DNA from: Albugo candida
Lineage: Eukaryota
Direction of reading: 5' to 3'
NCBI GenBank assembly: GCA_040437565.1
Contig: JBDOQK010000001.1
Coordinates: 496,001 to 560,000, forward strand
DNA length: 64,000 nucleotides
Shown piece by piece: positions 24,301-36,459 of the stretch. Each line of letters begins with the position of its first letter. The first letter of the stretch is position 1. Position numbers and translations under genes: made by a program. The notes beneath the pieces are model-generated. The model saw only the letters and a list, made by a program, of their open reading frames with translations, made no database searches and had not been told where the DNA came from.

Positions 24301-26322
24301 GGTGAAATGGGGTCCCCAACTTGAACTTTTGACGTGTGTATGATAGTTTTACCAAGAGAAGTTGTGACGAGAAGCTCGGAAATCATACAATCGGATTGAA
24401 TCAGCTCCAGCTTGTGGCACTTAAATACCAAGTAATCACACGTTTGGATGAATCTTACTTTTTTTCTCGTTTGTAAATCGATTGAATCTTTTTTGACAGA
24501 GTTTGTGTTTTTCTCGATCACAGGTCTGACATGAATATCAACGAGTGTACGACAATCAAAAAAAAAATATTGTTCGAGAACTCTTGCCGTAAATTCCATC
24601 ATTTGAGAATCTGTTTTATTGGGGGTTGAAGCATCTTCCTCTTGTTTGTCCGAAGGAAGAACAACCTCTACGAATCCGGCCAATGTATGCGTATTGGTGA
24701 CTGAAATTGAGGTGTCCTTGTCTGTATGCGAATGAATGGGTGCTGCGAGAATTACATCGTTTTTTTGATATGCCACACCTATCAGTGAGGATATAATCGG
24801 AATCTGGGACGGATCATTTATAATGATGGCCTCTTCAGACGAAGTAAATAGACTCGCTATACTTGTTTTCATTGCATGGCTTGTCATACATAGATCGTCT
24901 TCTCCTATCTGTGATGAAAATAAATTAGAAAATGGTCAAGAAAAATATCTTTTACAGCATGTACCTGCATGATGAGTCTATCGGATGTTGGATCAATGGT
25001 GTAGATACGCACCCGTTTAGTACCGAATTGCTGAATCAGTGAGTGTCGAACCATTTCATAAACGCTTTCGGGCTCATATTCGGGTGCTATTTGGAGCAAT
25101 AAGTCTTTGGCAAATATTCTGAAAGAACGCTTTGATATTTTGTCACTATCTTCGTTTCGATCAGAATCAGACTTTTGTAAAACTAAGGCGGACCACTGGG
25201 ACCAGCTGATGAAACTTGCGGTCTGGTAACGATTGATCAAGTGAATAAGTGGATTAATGAAGTTGGCACTTTGTTCAGACGAACCTCCGTTTCAAGACCG
25301 GTGACCAATTTAGAGTCACTTTGGATCGCGCTACTCGCACTCGGACTTACCGCTTCGATTTGCTATCAATCAAACACAAGTGAATATTTCCCNNNNNNNN
25401 NNNNNNNNNNNNNNNNNNNNNNNNNNNNNNNNNNNNNNNNNNNNNNNNNNNNNNNNNNNNNNNNNNNNNNNNNNNNNNNNNNNNNNNNNNNNTATCTTCG
25501 TTTCGATCAGAATCAGACTTTTGTAAAACTAAGGCGGACCACTGGGACCAGCTGATGAAACTTGCGGTCTGGTAACGATTGATCAAGTGAATAAGTGGAT
25601 TAATGAAGTTGGCACTTTGTTCAGACGAACCTCCGTTTCAAGACCGGTGACCAATTTAGAGTCACTTTGGATCGCGCTACTCGCACTCGGACTTACCGCT
25701 TCGATTTGCTATCAATCAAACACAAGTGAATATTTCCCTCTCCACAAGCATAGAAGGTATACCTTGAGCCTCAATTTCAAGAATATTGATGCTTCTGTGG
25801 CAACAAGTCCTTTTGTTGCTCCAACGTGAGAAGATACGAAATCACCGATCCCAAGCTTGCGATTGCTTTCCAAGGTTTTCTTGTCCCGATTGACTATGTT
25901 GATGGATCCACTCACAATGATATAGAAATCTTCTTCATTTTTATTGCACGAAAGCGAAATATAGCCACTAGGGTCAAGCTTTACTGTGATGCATTCATCA
26001 ATCAATGTTTGGATAGCTCCGCAAGAAAGGCTGTTGAAAAATGGTATGCTACAGATTAAAGATCTGGTCTATCCACATGTCTGATGCATTATAACATTTA
26101 TTTTGCATTTAAAACAGCACTCACCGATATATGTTGCTGTCTCGTCTCGATATCACTCAGAGTCCGATCATTTGCTTGCGCATTTATATTATTTAGAATG
26201 GTTAACTGTCGGAAGGCCCGCTTCAACCGATTCTCTTTCAATTCGATTGCAATATCAGTCACTTTGTGAGCATTTTCCATTAACCCAATACTCTCTGTTT
26301 TATTCGAATCTGCAGACTCCAT
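21326..26322 (-). CDS. Multi-exon phosphatidylinositol 3-kinase with a class I-like catalytic domain, N-terminal cNMP-binding-like and GAF-like domains, C2 and helical (PIK) domains
   Basis: Kinase SKKKPL, FKSGDDLRQDQL, GIGDRHNDN, HIDFGHFLGNFK..RERAPF; helical YADPKVRAYAV..YLLQLVQALKNE; C2 LANIPHG..CWTGMYLFDF; short GT-AG introns. Segments are duplicated around the gaps at 22052, 22913 and 25393 (assembly overlaps). Confidence 0.92.
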
Positions 26323-26589
26323 TCCTCACGAAAATGGGATGCAATCTAGACGGCCGCCAAAGGTCAACTACTGCACCACTTTTGGGGTACATCATTATCA
26401 CGTGCTGATTGGCTGACACCAAAATGAGCGAAGCAGATATTCGCGTTATNNNNNNNNNNNNNNNNNNNNNNNNNNNNNNNNNNNNNNNNNNNNNNNNNNN
26501 NNNNNNNNNNNNNNNNNNNNNNNNNNNNNNNNNNNNNNNNNNNNNNNNNGGGGTACATCATTATCACGTGCTGATTGGCTGACACCATA

Positions 26590-28926
26590 ATGAGCGAAGC
26601 AGATATTCGCGTTATTAAAGATGAGTTGGAAGTCGAAGACGTGATGAGTCCAGAACAGAGCAACAAAACTAGTATCATACAAAATTACTCACAACATAAT
26701 GTTATTGCACCATACTTTTTGCAATCCGATTGGGATGAACGTGCAAGTGAAAAGGAAACGCGCGAAACACAATCTACCGGTTCTCGTCTTCGAGACATAA
26801 AGCGCCGGAAAGAATATGAAGCTAGATTCAATAAAAAGCAACGTCACGATGATCAGGTAAGTGGACAAGTGACACAATCCGTGGAGCTTACTGCTTTTTT
26901 TGCGCCCATCAGAGCACAACAATTGACATCTCTAATAACGAAGCAGATGATGTTAAATGGACCCCAATATACGGTCGCTCTGTTTATCTGCCTGAAAACT
27001 CTGATAGAGCACTTGAGATCATCGATGCCGTAATTGAATCTCGTGCTCATGATATTCCTTCTCCAGAGAATTGGGCTTCAGATATCTCCACTCTTCTGAA
27101 ACGCTCGATCGCAAAAGTAATTAAAGAAAAGCTAGACGATATTTTTTCTTCTTTAGCGAAGTACCTGGTTATGATGAAATCACATGCTGAATCCCGCATG
27201 AAATCATACTCAAGCAGGACAATTCTCGATATACTGCTTTTGCTACCCTCTTCGTCGGATATTGCGGGCTGGGTAAGATATTTTGAGATAGGATTATTGT
27301 GGTCAACAAGCCTCTGTTTTAGATACATCAAAGGGACGAAGACAAAGTGAAACTTTACTCACTCGAACAAAAAGTCGATCACGTACTGAATGAAGTCAAT
27401 GGGAAGGGTCTGTCTGAGCGTTCGTACGCAATGTGCAGTCGCGAGGTGGTAGACAATATCATGAAGCTGTCATCATGTTATTTGAAACAATTGGAATGTT
27501 TTGCAAATGCATCAATGGAGATTGCTCAGCATGACTGCTTGGCTGACAATCGACTATTAATGCTCGGCGAAGATTTTACGAGCGCCCAGGATGGAGCAAT
27601 GAATAAAATGGGGGAATGTTTGAAGCATCTTGAGAATGCACGAGAGTATCAAGATAAGGCTATCAAGGGCCTCAATGAATTAATTTTACAAAAACAGAAT
27701 GAGCTCACCTCAACTGGTGAAAGTTTACTATCAGCCCACTTTGCAGCCCATAGTACGATACTTGCCTCCAAGAATCCTCAAGTGTTGAAGCTTCTGCAGA
27801 AACACGAGTTGTGCAGTAAGATCGTACAGCACGATGTCAGAGCACTCGAAAAAAAGAAACAAAAACAGCTTTACATCACACACTTACAGGAGTTTCTCAG
27901 AATTGTGAGACAGCACCGAGTTTCTTGTCAAAAGGTAAGATGGTTTGCTGGATGGACAACGTGTCAAGTATGACAGTTGATGTCTTTAGCCACAAATCGA
28001 AGCTTTGGACGAAGCCAAGGTTACCGTATCGGCTTATATTGCGATAAAGCTGAATTTTTATATCCCGTACATGATGCAATTCATTGCAAAACTACATGAA
28101 TTCCATCAAACACGACAGACTCGGGCAAAGATGGAGCTGGAAGACTTGAAGAAAAAAATGGACCTCCACGTAGAGTATTTTGGAGGCTCTGCACCGATCA
28201 AGAAGAAGGATCTTCAACGCAGGATTCAGGAATTCATACTTGTTCATGATAAGTCTGTGCAAGACGAACTCGACATGGCCGATAGACAATGCAAGTTGTG
28301 GAAGCAGAGTTGCAATTTGCTGGCACCAGATACAATTCAGCTGATTGTGAATTCACTTGAGGACTTGGCGGACAGCCTTGAGCGTCCTCTCAAGATGGTA
28401 TGTGTCAGCACAGTGTACGACTGCTATTCGTTTCACTGAATTATTTCCAATGTTCAGATTTACCTGAATCTCTTGAGTGAAATTAGCAGGTCATCTAATA
28501 TAGAGACTAGAGCTCGCTCACAGAGATCCTTGAAAACAAGCAGGGGCGAGTGCGTATTGACCGATCGACAGGAACCATATAGATATGCTTCTGCGGACCG
28601 ATTCGAAGTCGGCGCGCACGTGTACGCAAAAGTGAATCTGGACGGAAAGAAGACCAAGTATTTTCGAGGGAAAATCACCAAAAAGCTTGAAGAAGGTCGA
28701 GTGTCGTTGCTCTTTGACGAGGGAGACGTCTACGCTCTTTCTCCGGAGCATTTATGCTCGCCAAGCGAGGTATGAGTCAAATCTGAAGATTTTTCACTTT
28801 GACCAAATTCTCATTTCACTCCGCAAGGTCGAGCGCGAAGGTATATCCTCAGACGATAGCACCGATGAGAACAGTTCAATGTCGGATCCAGGTGTCACAA
28901 GGGAGAAAAGCTGCTGCATTATGTAA
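26590..28926 (+). CDS. Six-exon coiled-coil protein with paraflagellar-rod-like segments, a C-terminal Tudor/SH3-like barrel and CaaX box (CCIM)
   Basis: Reconstructed exons 26590-26856, 26913-27272, 27323-27934, 27990-28397, 28458-28769, 28828-28926; all GT-AG phase-0 introns of 50-60 nt giving one open frame ending EKSCCIM*. The gene model is well supported; the function is tentative. Confidence 0.85.
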
Positions 28927-29039
28927 TTTTTGTGCTAGAGTCGATGTATATAATCGCATAAGGCAATGTGCGTGCTATTTGGCACATGAATTTTCGCAAC
29001 TACCCGCGGCGGTGCGAGCGTTGAAGGTTTGACAAAAGC

Positions 29040-30509
29040 TTATTCGTGTGTCATGGAATGTTGTTGTCGTGAATGGCCGGGTGGATATATAGTACAATCC
29101 TTTTCCAATAAATTCCTCCATTTCTTCATCAATTTGCAAGTGCTTCGAAGAATCTTTTTGTCTTTTATGCGCACGCGTACTGCGTACGTTTTGCGAAGAT
29201 TGGTGCTTATCTCTAGGTCAGCTAGCAATTTCATATCGTCTTCCAAACTACAGTTCCGTCAGTGCCTTGCTGATTGTAGTAAACGCAGACGTACCTGGTC
29301 GGGAATTTGGCCAGCTTCTTTTCACAAACATCATGCAAAGCATCGTATACAGCCAATTCATTCCGTACACTCACAATACTAGATTCAAAGGCCTGCGTGG
29401 ATAGACGTGACATGCTGCGGTGAGATTGAAAGCTACTCTAACCTTTGTATAATTCGGGAATTCTCCATGTGATAATAGAATGATGCGCACAGATGCCAGA
29501 AGCCTTTCATCAACATCATCAAGATGTATCGTTCCTTTAAAATCATACGTTTGATCCCTCGTTGCTGCATTTGCTTCTAGAATTGCCTGCTTTAACTTGT
29601 AATTCGGATCTGTAGAAGGTGTTCGCATCCACAAGTCAATCCCATTGAAGCGGTTTTTTTCCTCCATGCACACAAAGCCATAAGAGTATAGCAATTTTGC
29701 ATCACTATAAGGCCCATAGCTGATATAAAGTGGATCATTCGCTGAGGTGGCCATCACCACAGAATGTGCCAAGACATCGTTCTCTTGGTCGAATTTTATA
29801 AACTCATCAAGAGATTCTTGGACAAGTGTACTGTGATTAAACATGTCTAATGCAGGACAAAGAACGCGCAAATATTCGCCTTTTCTTGTGATACCGAATG
29901 CACGAGTCCAGATGATGCTTAAGGCCCATTCATAATCACTTTTACTGATTTCACTAGTTTTAAGCTTGAACTTCTTCTCATACGCCGTCAGTAAAGGGAT
30001 ATGGATGGCATGGAAATCCGTTGCAATTCGTTTTCGCATGATATTAGCTAGCAATGCGACATTCGTTCCATCCAATTCTGCGAATTCCGCTTCATTCCAA
30101 TAGACTGGAAGATCACAATTTGACGGTAAAGACTGAATGAATGGTTCGAAGAACGAATCCGATGACTTGAATCGTTCAATCATAAGAAAAAGCGCCACAA
30201 TCTCATCTTGGTCCAGCTCTTCTTGATCCTGCAAAAGTAGACTCAAATCCGATTGCATTGCGGTCACTTTTGATATCATCAAATGGAATGGAATCTCTAA
30301 TGTTGTCTCATCTGCAGAAGCACAAAGTGTAAAGTAGCCAAAATCTCTAATTAAAAGTGCAAAGAACCTTTTAGAAGCGATTTGGCCGCGTAAACGCCGA
30401 CTCCTTCATTATTTTTTGAGTTTTGGAAGCGTAGAGATTCGGTCATCACATTATTCGCATGAAGCCATTGAAGTAGCTTTGTAATTTTGATAGGACATGT
30501 GCTTTCCAT
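29040..30509 (-). CDS. SET-domain protein methyltransferase (Rubisco-LSMT/SETD3/SETD6-like) with LSMT substrate-binding domain, multi-exon
   Basis: MESTCPIKITKLLQWL..GVGVYA, PFIQSLP, WALSIIWTRAF, LCPALDMFNH, YISYGPYSDAKLLYSYGF, RNELAV, LEDDMKLL; ATG inferred at 30509. Confidence 0.9.
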
Positions 30510-31278
30510 TGCTTGCGCAGTACAGATTCATGTGGTGTCCAGAGCCCACATTTACACGCTAAGTTGGGATTTCTTGAAGCTATTTGATCCAGATGTTTGT
30601 AGACTTTCAATTCGTTGTTTCTGTCAAGTCTTTTGGGGAACTGCCGAATTTTACTTCGCGAGTAGGTATGGCAAGCGAAACATGCCATAGGCGTTCTAGC
30701 TCTTCTGAAGCTTGCGGGTGAGTAGATGTTGCGCTTGGAATTTAGACGCCGATGTAAGTAGCATTCCGAGGTCAGGATTGTTGATCGATACACGGCGTTG
30801 CCCACAGCAGCAGACAACCTAAATAGATCAAGACATGTATGCTTGATTATGCAGAACTGTTTGTTATGTATAGTAGTAGTTGCGGTCGCGAACATGTCGA
30901 TGGAGTTTGGGAAGGCAACTCGAAGAAATACTTATATCTGCAATAAGGAGTTCCATTACTATCCTACTANNNNNNNNNNNNNNNNNNNNNNNNNNNNNNN
31001 NNNNNNNNNNNNNNNNNNNNNNNNNNNNNNNNNNNNNNNNNNNNNNNNNNNNNNNNNNNNNNNNNNNNNCTTGATTATGCAGAACTGTTTGTTATGTATA
31101 GTAGTAGTTGCGGTCGCGAACATGTCGATGGAGTTTGGGAAGGCAACTCGAAGAAATACTTATATCTGCAATAAGGAGTTCCATTACTATCCTACTACAA
31201 AATAGAGCTATACTATGTTTGCCATGTTATTTCGGTGAGCATATCGATAAGAATAACTAAAGTGATATGATCAATCTA

Positions 31279-31817
31279 CTACGATTGATTTATTGTGGAA
31301 ATCGAATTGTCCTCAGTGATGCGATTATTCAGAAATGTCCGCCAATGATAAAATTGCTGAGAGTGCACCAATGTCATGAAATCATCGCGAGCAATCATCT
31401 ATGAATATGGTGAGAACGCTTATAAGGATCATGCAGCGATATGGTCAATAATCACCTGACGGAAACGTTCTGTTTGTATCAAATCCAAGAAGGCTAAGCA
31501 ATGCGGGTATCTGTAGAACAGAATCAATTGAGCAGGCATTTCAAGCTATAAAAAGAAGCATCACGTGCACAATATATTGAGCATATTCTGGTTTTTTCCA
31601 GTATTCCAGATATTTAATGTAGTTCATAAATGCTGGATTTTCGAAGTATCGATTTGTTGCGAGGTCTACGGGAACAATTGATGAATCGTTGAGAGGCTAA
31701 GGTCATGATAGAGATGTCAGTTGTACAGTTTAGATATGCTGGACTCGCTAAACACTGAATGAACTCTAATTCGATCTGAAAGCGAATGTCATTTGATGGG
31801 ACTTCCGCATCGAGCAT
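31279..31817 (-). CDS. MED31: Mediator of RNA polymerase II transcription subunit 31 (SOH1), four exons
   Basis: [71 protein letters not shown] at 31279-31281. Confidence 0.95.
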
Positions 31818-31874
31818 TACACGAACTTTGAACTTTGTGCCAGTGCATCTTGTACCTATCAGCCGAACTTACTG

Positions 31875-32333
31875 ATGAGTGATGTACCGCTTGAAGGCCA
31901 CGAATATCCTGTCAAAACAGGACGCAGTTTTGTTGATAATTCGGATGAGCCAAGAGAACTGTTTTGCACATTCCGCTACGACTTCCAACCTGCTTCAATC
32001 GATCGATCTATACCCGGTCTAGTAGTATGTGATTCGTCAGATAGTGTGCAAGTTTCGATGGGTACTACCAACAAAGATGGCTGCGGTATTTTATTTAAGG
32101 GAAAAGTAGCCTGCAACAAGCGTACAGAATGTCTACTCGTTTTTGATGGTGAATCGTTCGCGTTGGAGCACTCCGCGTTTACTTTTAGTCAACTTCGCCA
32201 TGTTCGCAATACCACAGAGCAAAAAAAGAAAAGAAAAGCATCTCATGAATCTACAACCGTTAATAAACAAGATTCAAAGCAGATGGATGCTTCAGATTCA
32301 CATGCGACCCATTCTCGACGTAAAATTGGATAA
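31875..32333 (+). CDS. ELL-associated factor (EAF family) transcription elongation factor
   Basis: EAF N-terminal signature YPVKTGRSF, FCTFRYDFQPASID, FKG, ECLLVFD..F.LE, LRHVR. Confidence 0.85.
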   Translation: MSDVPLEGHEYPVKTGRSFVDNSDEPRELFCTFRYDFQPASIDRSIPGLVVCDSSDSVQVSMGTTNKDGCGILFKGKVACNKRTECLLVFDGESFALEHSAFTFSQLRHVRNTTEQKKKRKASHESTTVNKQDSKQMDASDSHATHSRRKIG

Positions 32334-32470
32334 GGATCAGCATGGCTCAAGTTCAAGACGAGAATATTCAGAACACGTTACTCGTACACAAAATCAGGAT
32401 CAAAACCTCAAACGTTGCAGAGAAAATCATTGTTTCACTTTCGAAAATAATATAAAAGAGAATTGTGGTC

Positions 32471-33273
32471 ATGAATTTAAATAAACGCCGAGACACAGAT
32501 GTGATGAAACTGTGCGATATTCACGCTTGTTTGGTTTTACTTGCTTTGGTTTTGATTTGATGTTCATGCAGCGTTTTGTACACAGAATGATGAGTAATTA
32601 TCGAGTGCAAATGACGGATGATTCGACCATGAGTGACTTCAACGTCGTATTTCATGGACCGAAAGAAAGTGAGGATCAATTACATCGAATCGCTTCGCGG
32701 CCAAACAACTAAACATTGCAAACAGCTCCGTACGAAGGCGGCATTTGGAATATCCACGTCTCATTACCGAACGAATATCCATTCAAATCTCCTTCTATTG
32801 GATTTGTAAATCGTATATACCATCCGAACGTAGACGACATGTATGAATTAGTGTTTTATTTAATTGCGTCGCGTCTTAGCGTGTTGTGTAGGTCCGGTTC
32901 CGTCTGTCTAGACGTGATCAATCAGACTTGGAGTCCCATGTTTGGTAACCTTCGATTTGATGGCAAATCCTTCGTGGACTAACTATTAGCTCTAGATCTC
33001 GTGAATGTGTTCGATGTCTTTATTCCACAATTGCTTCGATATCCCAATCCTACTGACCCGCTTAATGGAGAAGCCGCTTCTTTGATGCTCAAAGACATAG
33101 CCTCCTATAATTCCAAAGTGAAAGGTGATGAGTCAAATGTACGCACAGGAAGCTTCAAAATAACATGGTTTGCTCATTTAGAACATGTTTCCAAGTATGC
33201 TACGGAAAGCGTTGATTTGGGAAATCAAGAGGAAGATAGTGAAGTCAGCGATATGAGCGAAGTTGAGTGCTGA
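32471..33273 (+). CDS. UBC8: Ubiquitin-conjugating enzyme E2 H (UBC8/UBE2H), multi-exon
   Basis: [84 protein letters not shown], acidic tail. Confidence 0.93.
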
Positions 33274-34148
33274 TTATCAGTGAAGAGTGTAAAAAAGGAG
33301 TTGTCAGTTTGCATTTTATATCATACATAAACTTGGTGATCTACCGACTCGCACCTGCTTGCAAGCTGATGCAAATGTCCCGAATCACAGGAAGACGTCA
33401 TACAATCTCTCATTCTACCTACTCATATCGTGTTATTGCATCGCTTGTCACAACATCAAATTGCATCATTAAATTCCAGTTTTAATGCATGCGATCGGGG
33501 TGGTCTTATTCTACTCTTTAGTCAATTCACAGTCAAGTCAAAAGTAGCTCTTTATGCCCGACATTATGGTCGACATGTTGGAGTTAGCTCGTCTTGAGTC
33601 ATGTATTTGCTAAAGCCGAGTCTAGAGTAGACCCCGGTACAGTTTAGCCCATTGCTACCATCGCTACAAAAATACTCCACATCTGTGGAGTGGTAAAAAA
33701 TCACAATAAAGAAGTCTTTTTACTATTATTGAAAACACAATTGCGGCTCCCATGTGCATTTCTTTGTGGTAAAAAGCTTTGTTCATAACGAAATCAAATT
33801 ATAAGTAGTGGGTATCGAGAAGTCTGCTGCTTTACATTTACAATAAAATGTATGCATCTTACAGTCTGGTTATATCGATAGAGTGTAAATTTGGTGGCTT
33901 TAACAGTTACTTAGAATAGTTGCCTTACCCTGTCGGAATGCTCATGACGTTGTGTGTGCATCGATCAAGCGTCAGGAGTAGCCTTTGCGTAGCTAAGGTT
34001 CAGGCGCATCAAACGTTCTCAATCGCACAACTATATAGACCTTATTCGGGGCAGAATCGTTTATATGTATAACTAGTGCAATGAGTATCACGTATACTGA
34101 GAGCGTTCGACCTGTTCAGTTGGTGCCTCTGAATATAATCATAAACTG

Positions 34149-36274
34149 CTAGCTACATTCTTGTAGTTGTTGGATTATATTCTCAATGCTCCAAATAAAT
34201 ATAGCACCTTCTGATCCGACAGTGATGATCTCCTTACGATCTGGAGATATCTTGGCAGCATTTATTGCTTCGCTGTGCCCCTTTCCGACAGCAATGGTTT
34301 CTCCGTTATCGTAGTGCCATATCTTTAGAATACCATCACGCCCGCCGGTCACAAATATAGCTCCACTGTTCTCAATGTCCATAGCCAGCATATCATCGTC
34401 AGAAGCATCTTCCAAAATACGTATCGCTTCACCGTCAAACGCATCATAATAAGTTACACGTCTGTCCGACCCGCAAGTCAGTAGCTGACTCTCGTCCGGA
34501 TGATACAGAATTCGTCGAAACACTGTGGAGGCAAACATTGCCTGTGTTCTTGCAAATGTTTCAAGATTCCATACGATACAGGAACCATCAGAAGATGCGC
34601 TCACGCAAGAGCTGAAATTGTCCAGCACTTGAATTGAATTCACAGCCCCTTGGTGTTCTTTGAGAGAGGCCTCCATTATTTGCCGTGTGCTTGTGATCTT
34701 CCAAACTCGTACACGACCATCTTTGCCTCCAGTTATAAGCTTCCACTCTTTTGCGGCCATTCCATTGCTGTATTCGGCATTATCACACACAGCCATGGCA
34801 GTTACCCCTTCATTGTGGGCATCTTGAATCACGAATTTTAGCTTTCCACTCTCGGGGAAAAATGCTCGCACCTTTCCATCATCCCACCCACTTACAATGA
34901 GCTTCCCATCGTAAGTTAGATCAATGCAGTTACAAATTAGATTTGGAACTTGAATGCGCAGGATTTCTTGACACTTGCGAGCATTCCAAATACGGATATC
35001 TGCTTTTGAGCATGTAAGAAATAGGTGGGAGTTTTCATCCGTGGATCGCTTTTTACATTTTGGAAAGACAGCGTCATTGATTGTGCTGTGATGGCAGGTG
35101 GAGCGTAGTTCCATTTTCAGTGTCAGCGAGAGACACGATGTGGTATTTTGCTCTTCCAGCCAGAATTTGTAAATGTTGGACTGATTTGTACCGGCATAGA
35201 ATTCACCCAGACGACCTTCAGATATAGACGTAATGCTTCCAAGCATTTTCTCAACACATTTAGTTGGTATTGGTGTGCTTTTGTCCGTGGGAGTGGAGGC
35301 AGAACCGATCCATAAACATGCTAACGTACCGTCACCGGCACCCACCAAAAGGAATCGCATATTTTCTTCGTTATCGTGAACTAGAACGGAGGTGATACCA
35401 AGACTGAAGCGTTCCTTTGTTGTGCGGTTGTAGAGCGGTTTTTGATTGCCAACAGGGGGCAGTACACAATTCCCTTTAGTCAAGTCACAATCAAGTGAGA
35501 TTTCCAGAAGATCCCCCGACTTTGTACCGCAATAAGCGTACTTATCGTCGGGAGATACAGCGATACACGTGATGATGCGTCTCAAGTTTCCAACATTCGC
35601 GCGTAAGTTATGGAATTTTCGATGTTTTGTGTCAACACGCCAGACACTGATCGCATAGTTGCCCCCAGTAACGAGTAATTCATTCCCATTGTTGCAGTGA
35701 AATGGACGAACAACAAGTGTCGATTCATCGCCCGATGGCGTTCCACAAATGGCTTCACCACTCTCAGCGTTCCAGCAAACAAGAGCGTTATCGTCCTGCC
35801 CCCCAATTGAGAGTAAAAAGGTATCCTGTGCGGAAAAGGCTACATCCTGCACTTTTCCCATATGCAGAACCAACCAATGCAAAAGTTTGCCGCTCTGATC
35901 AGCCTTGTTTTTCATATCCGATGTTGCAAGCTCAAAATTCCAGATTAGTAATGGAGCTTTATTTCCACGACTTTTGCTTTGCTGACCCGATGCAAGACGC
36001 TTCCCGTCGTTAGATAAAGTCAGACATGTGATAATATCGGTGTGCCCGTGTAAAAAAGCTTGGCTCAAACTCTTCAAATCTTTTATGACAATTGCCAAGC
36101 CAAGTGAATAGACCAAATACTTTCCGTCGGTCGTATATATTAGCGTATTGCTGCATGCTCCTAAGCATTTGACGAGGTATCAGCAAATTAGTCAATACAG
36201 AAGGATAGCCGCACACAGATTTTACCGTTGTATCCGATAACTCGACGAAGTTTAAGCTCTTGTGTGTCGACCAT
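34149..36274 (-). CDS. CFAP52: Cilia- and flagella-associated protein 52 (WDR16), WD40 microtubule inner protein
   Basis: MVDTQELKLRRVIGYNG first exon, QAFLHGH, LASGQ, SIGGQDD, AICGTP, IVSGWDDGKVRAFFPESGKL, YHPDESQLLTCGSDR, WHYDNGE..GKGHS. Confidence 0.93.
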
Positions 36275-36459
36275 TAGTCCAAGAATTTTTAGTCAAAAGT
36301 CGCCTTGTCGTTAAGCTTCCTGACGGCTCAGTTTGCAATGGACTGAAGCCATCATTTGAAATTTCAAGTGCATTGATAGCGACTATAGATTGCTGTTGCA
36401 TTGACAATATCCTCATACCGAGATGGACCACTACGTCATTGGTTGAAAGGTCTCGAAAA

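Noticed and set aside
21722-25734. Apparent internal duplications of PI3K exons
   Set aside because: Identical copies directly flank 100-N gaps: unmerged contig overlaps.
30446-31205. ORFs 30446-30895 and 30798-31205 as genes
   Set aside because: No recognisable motifs; the first overlaps the SET gene start out of frame and the second is inflated by a gap overlap.
33674-33692. Perfect 8-bp inverted repeat ACTCCACA/TGTGGAGT as a Helitron end or ncRNA
   Set aside because: No CTRR terminus or other supporting structure.
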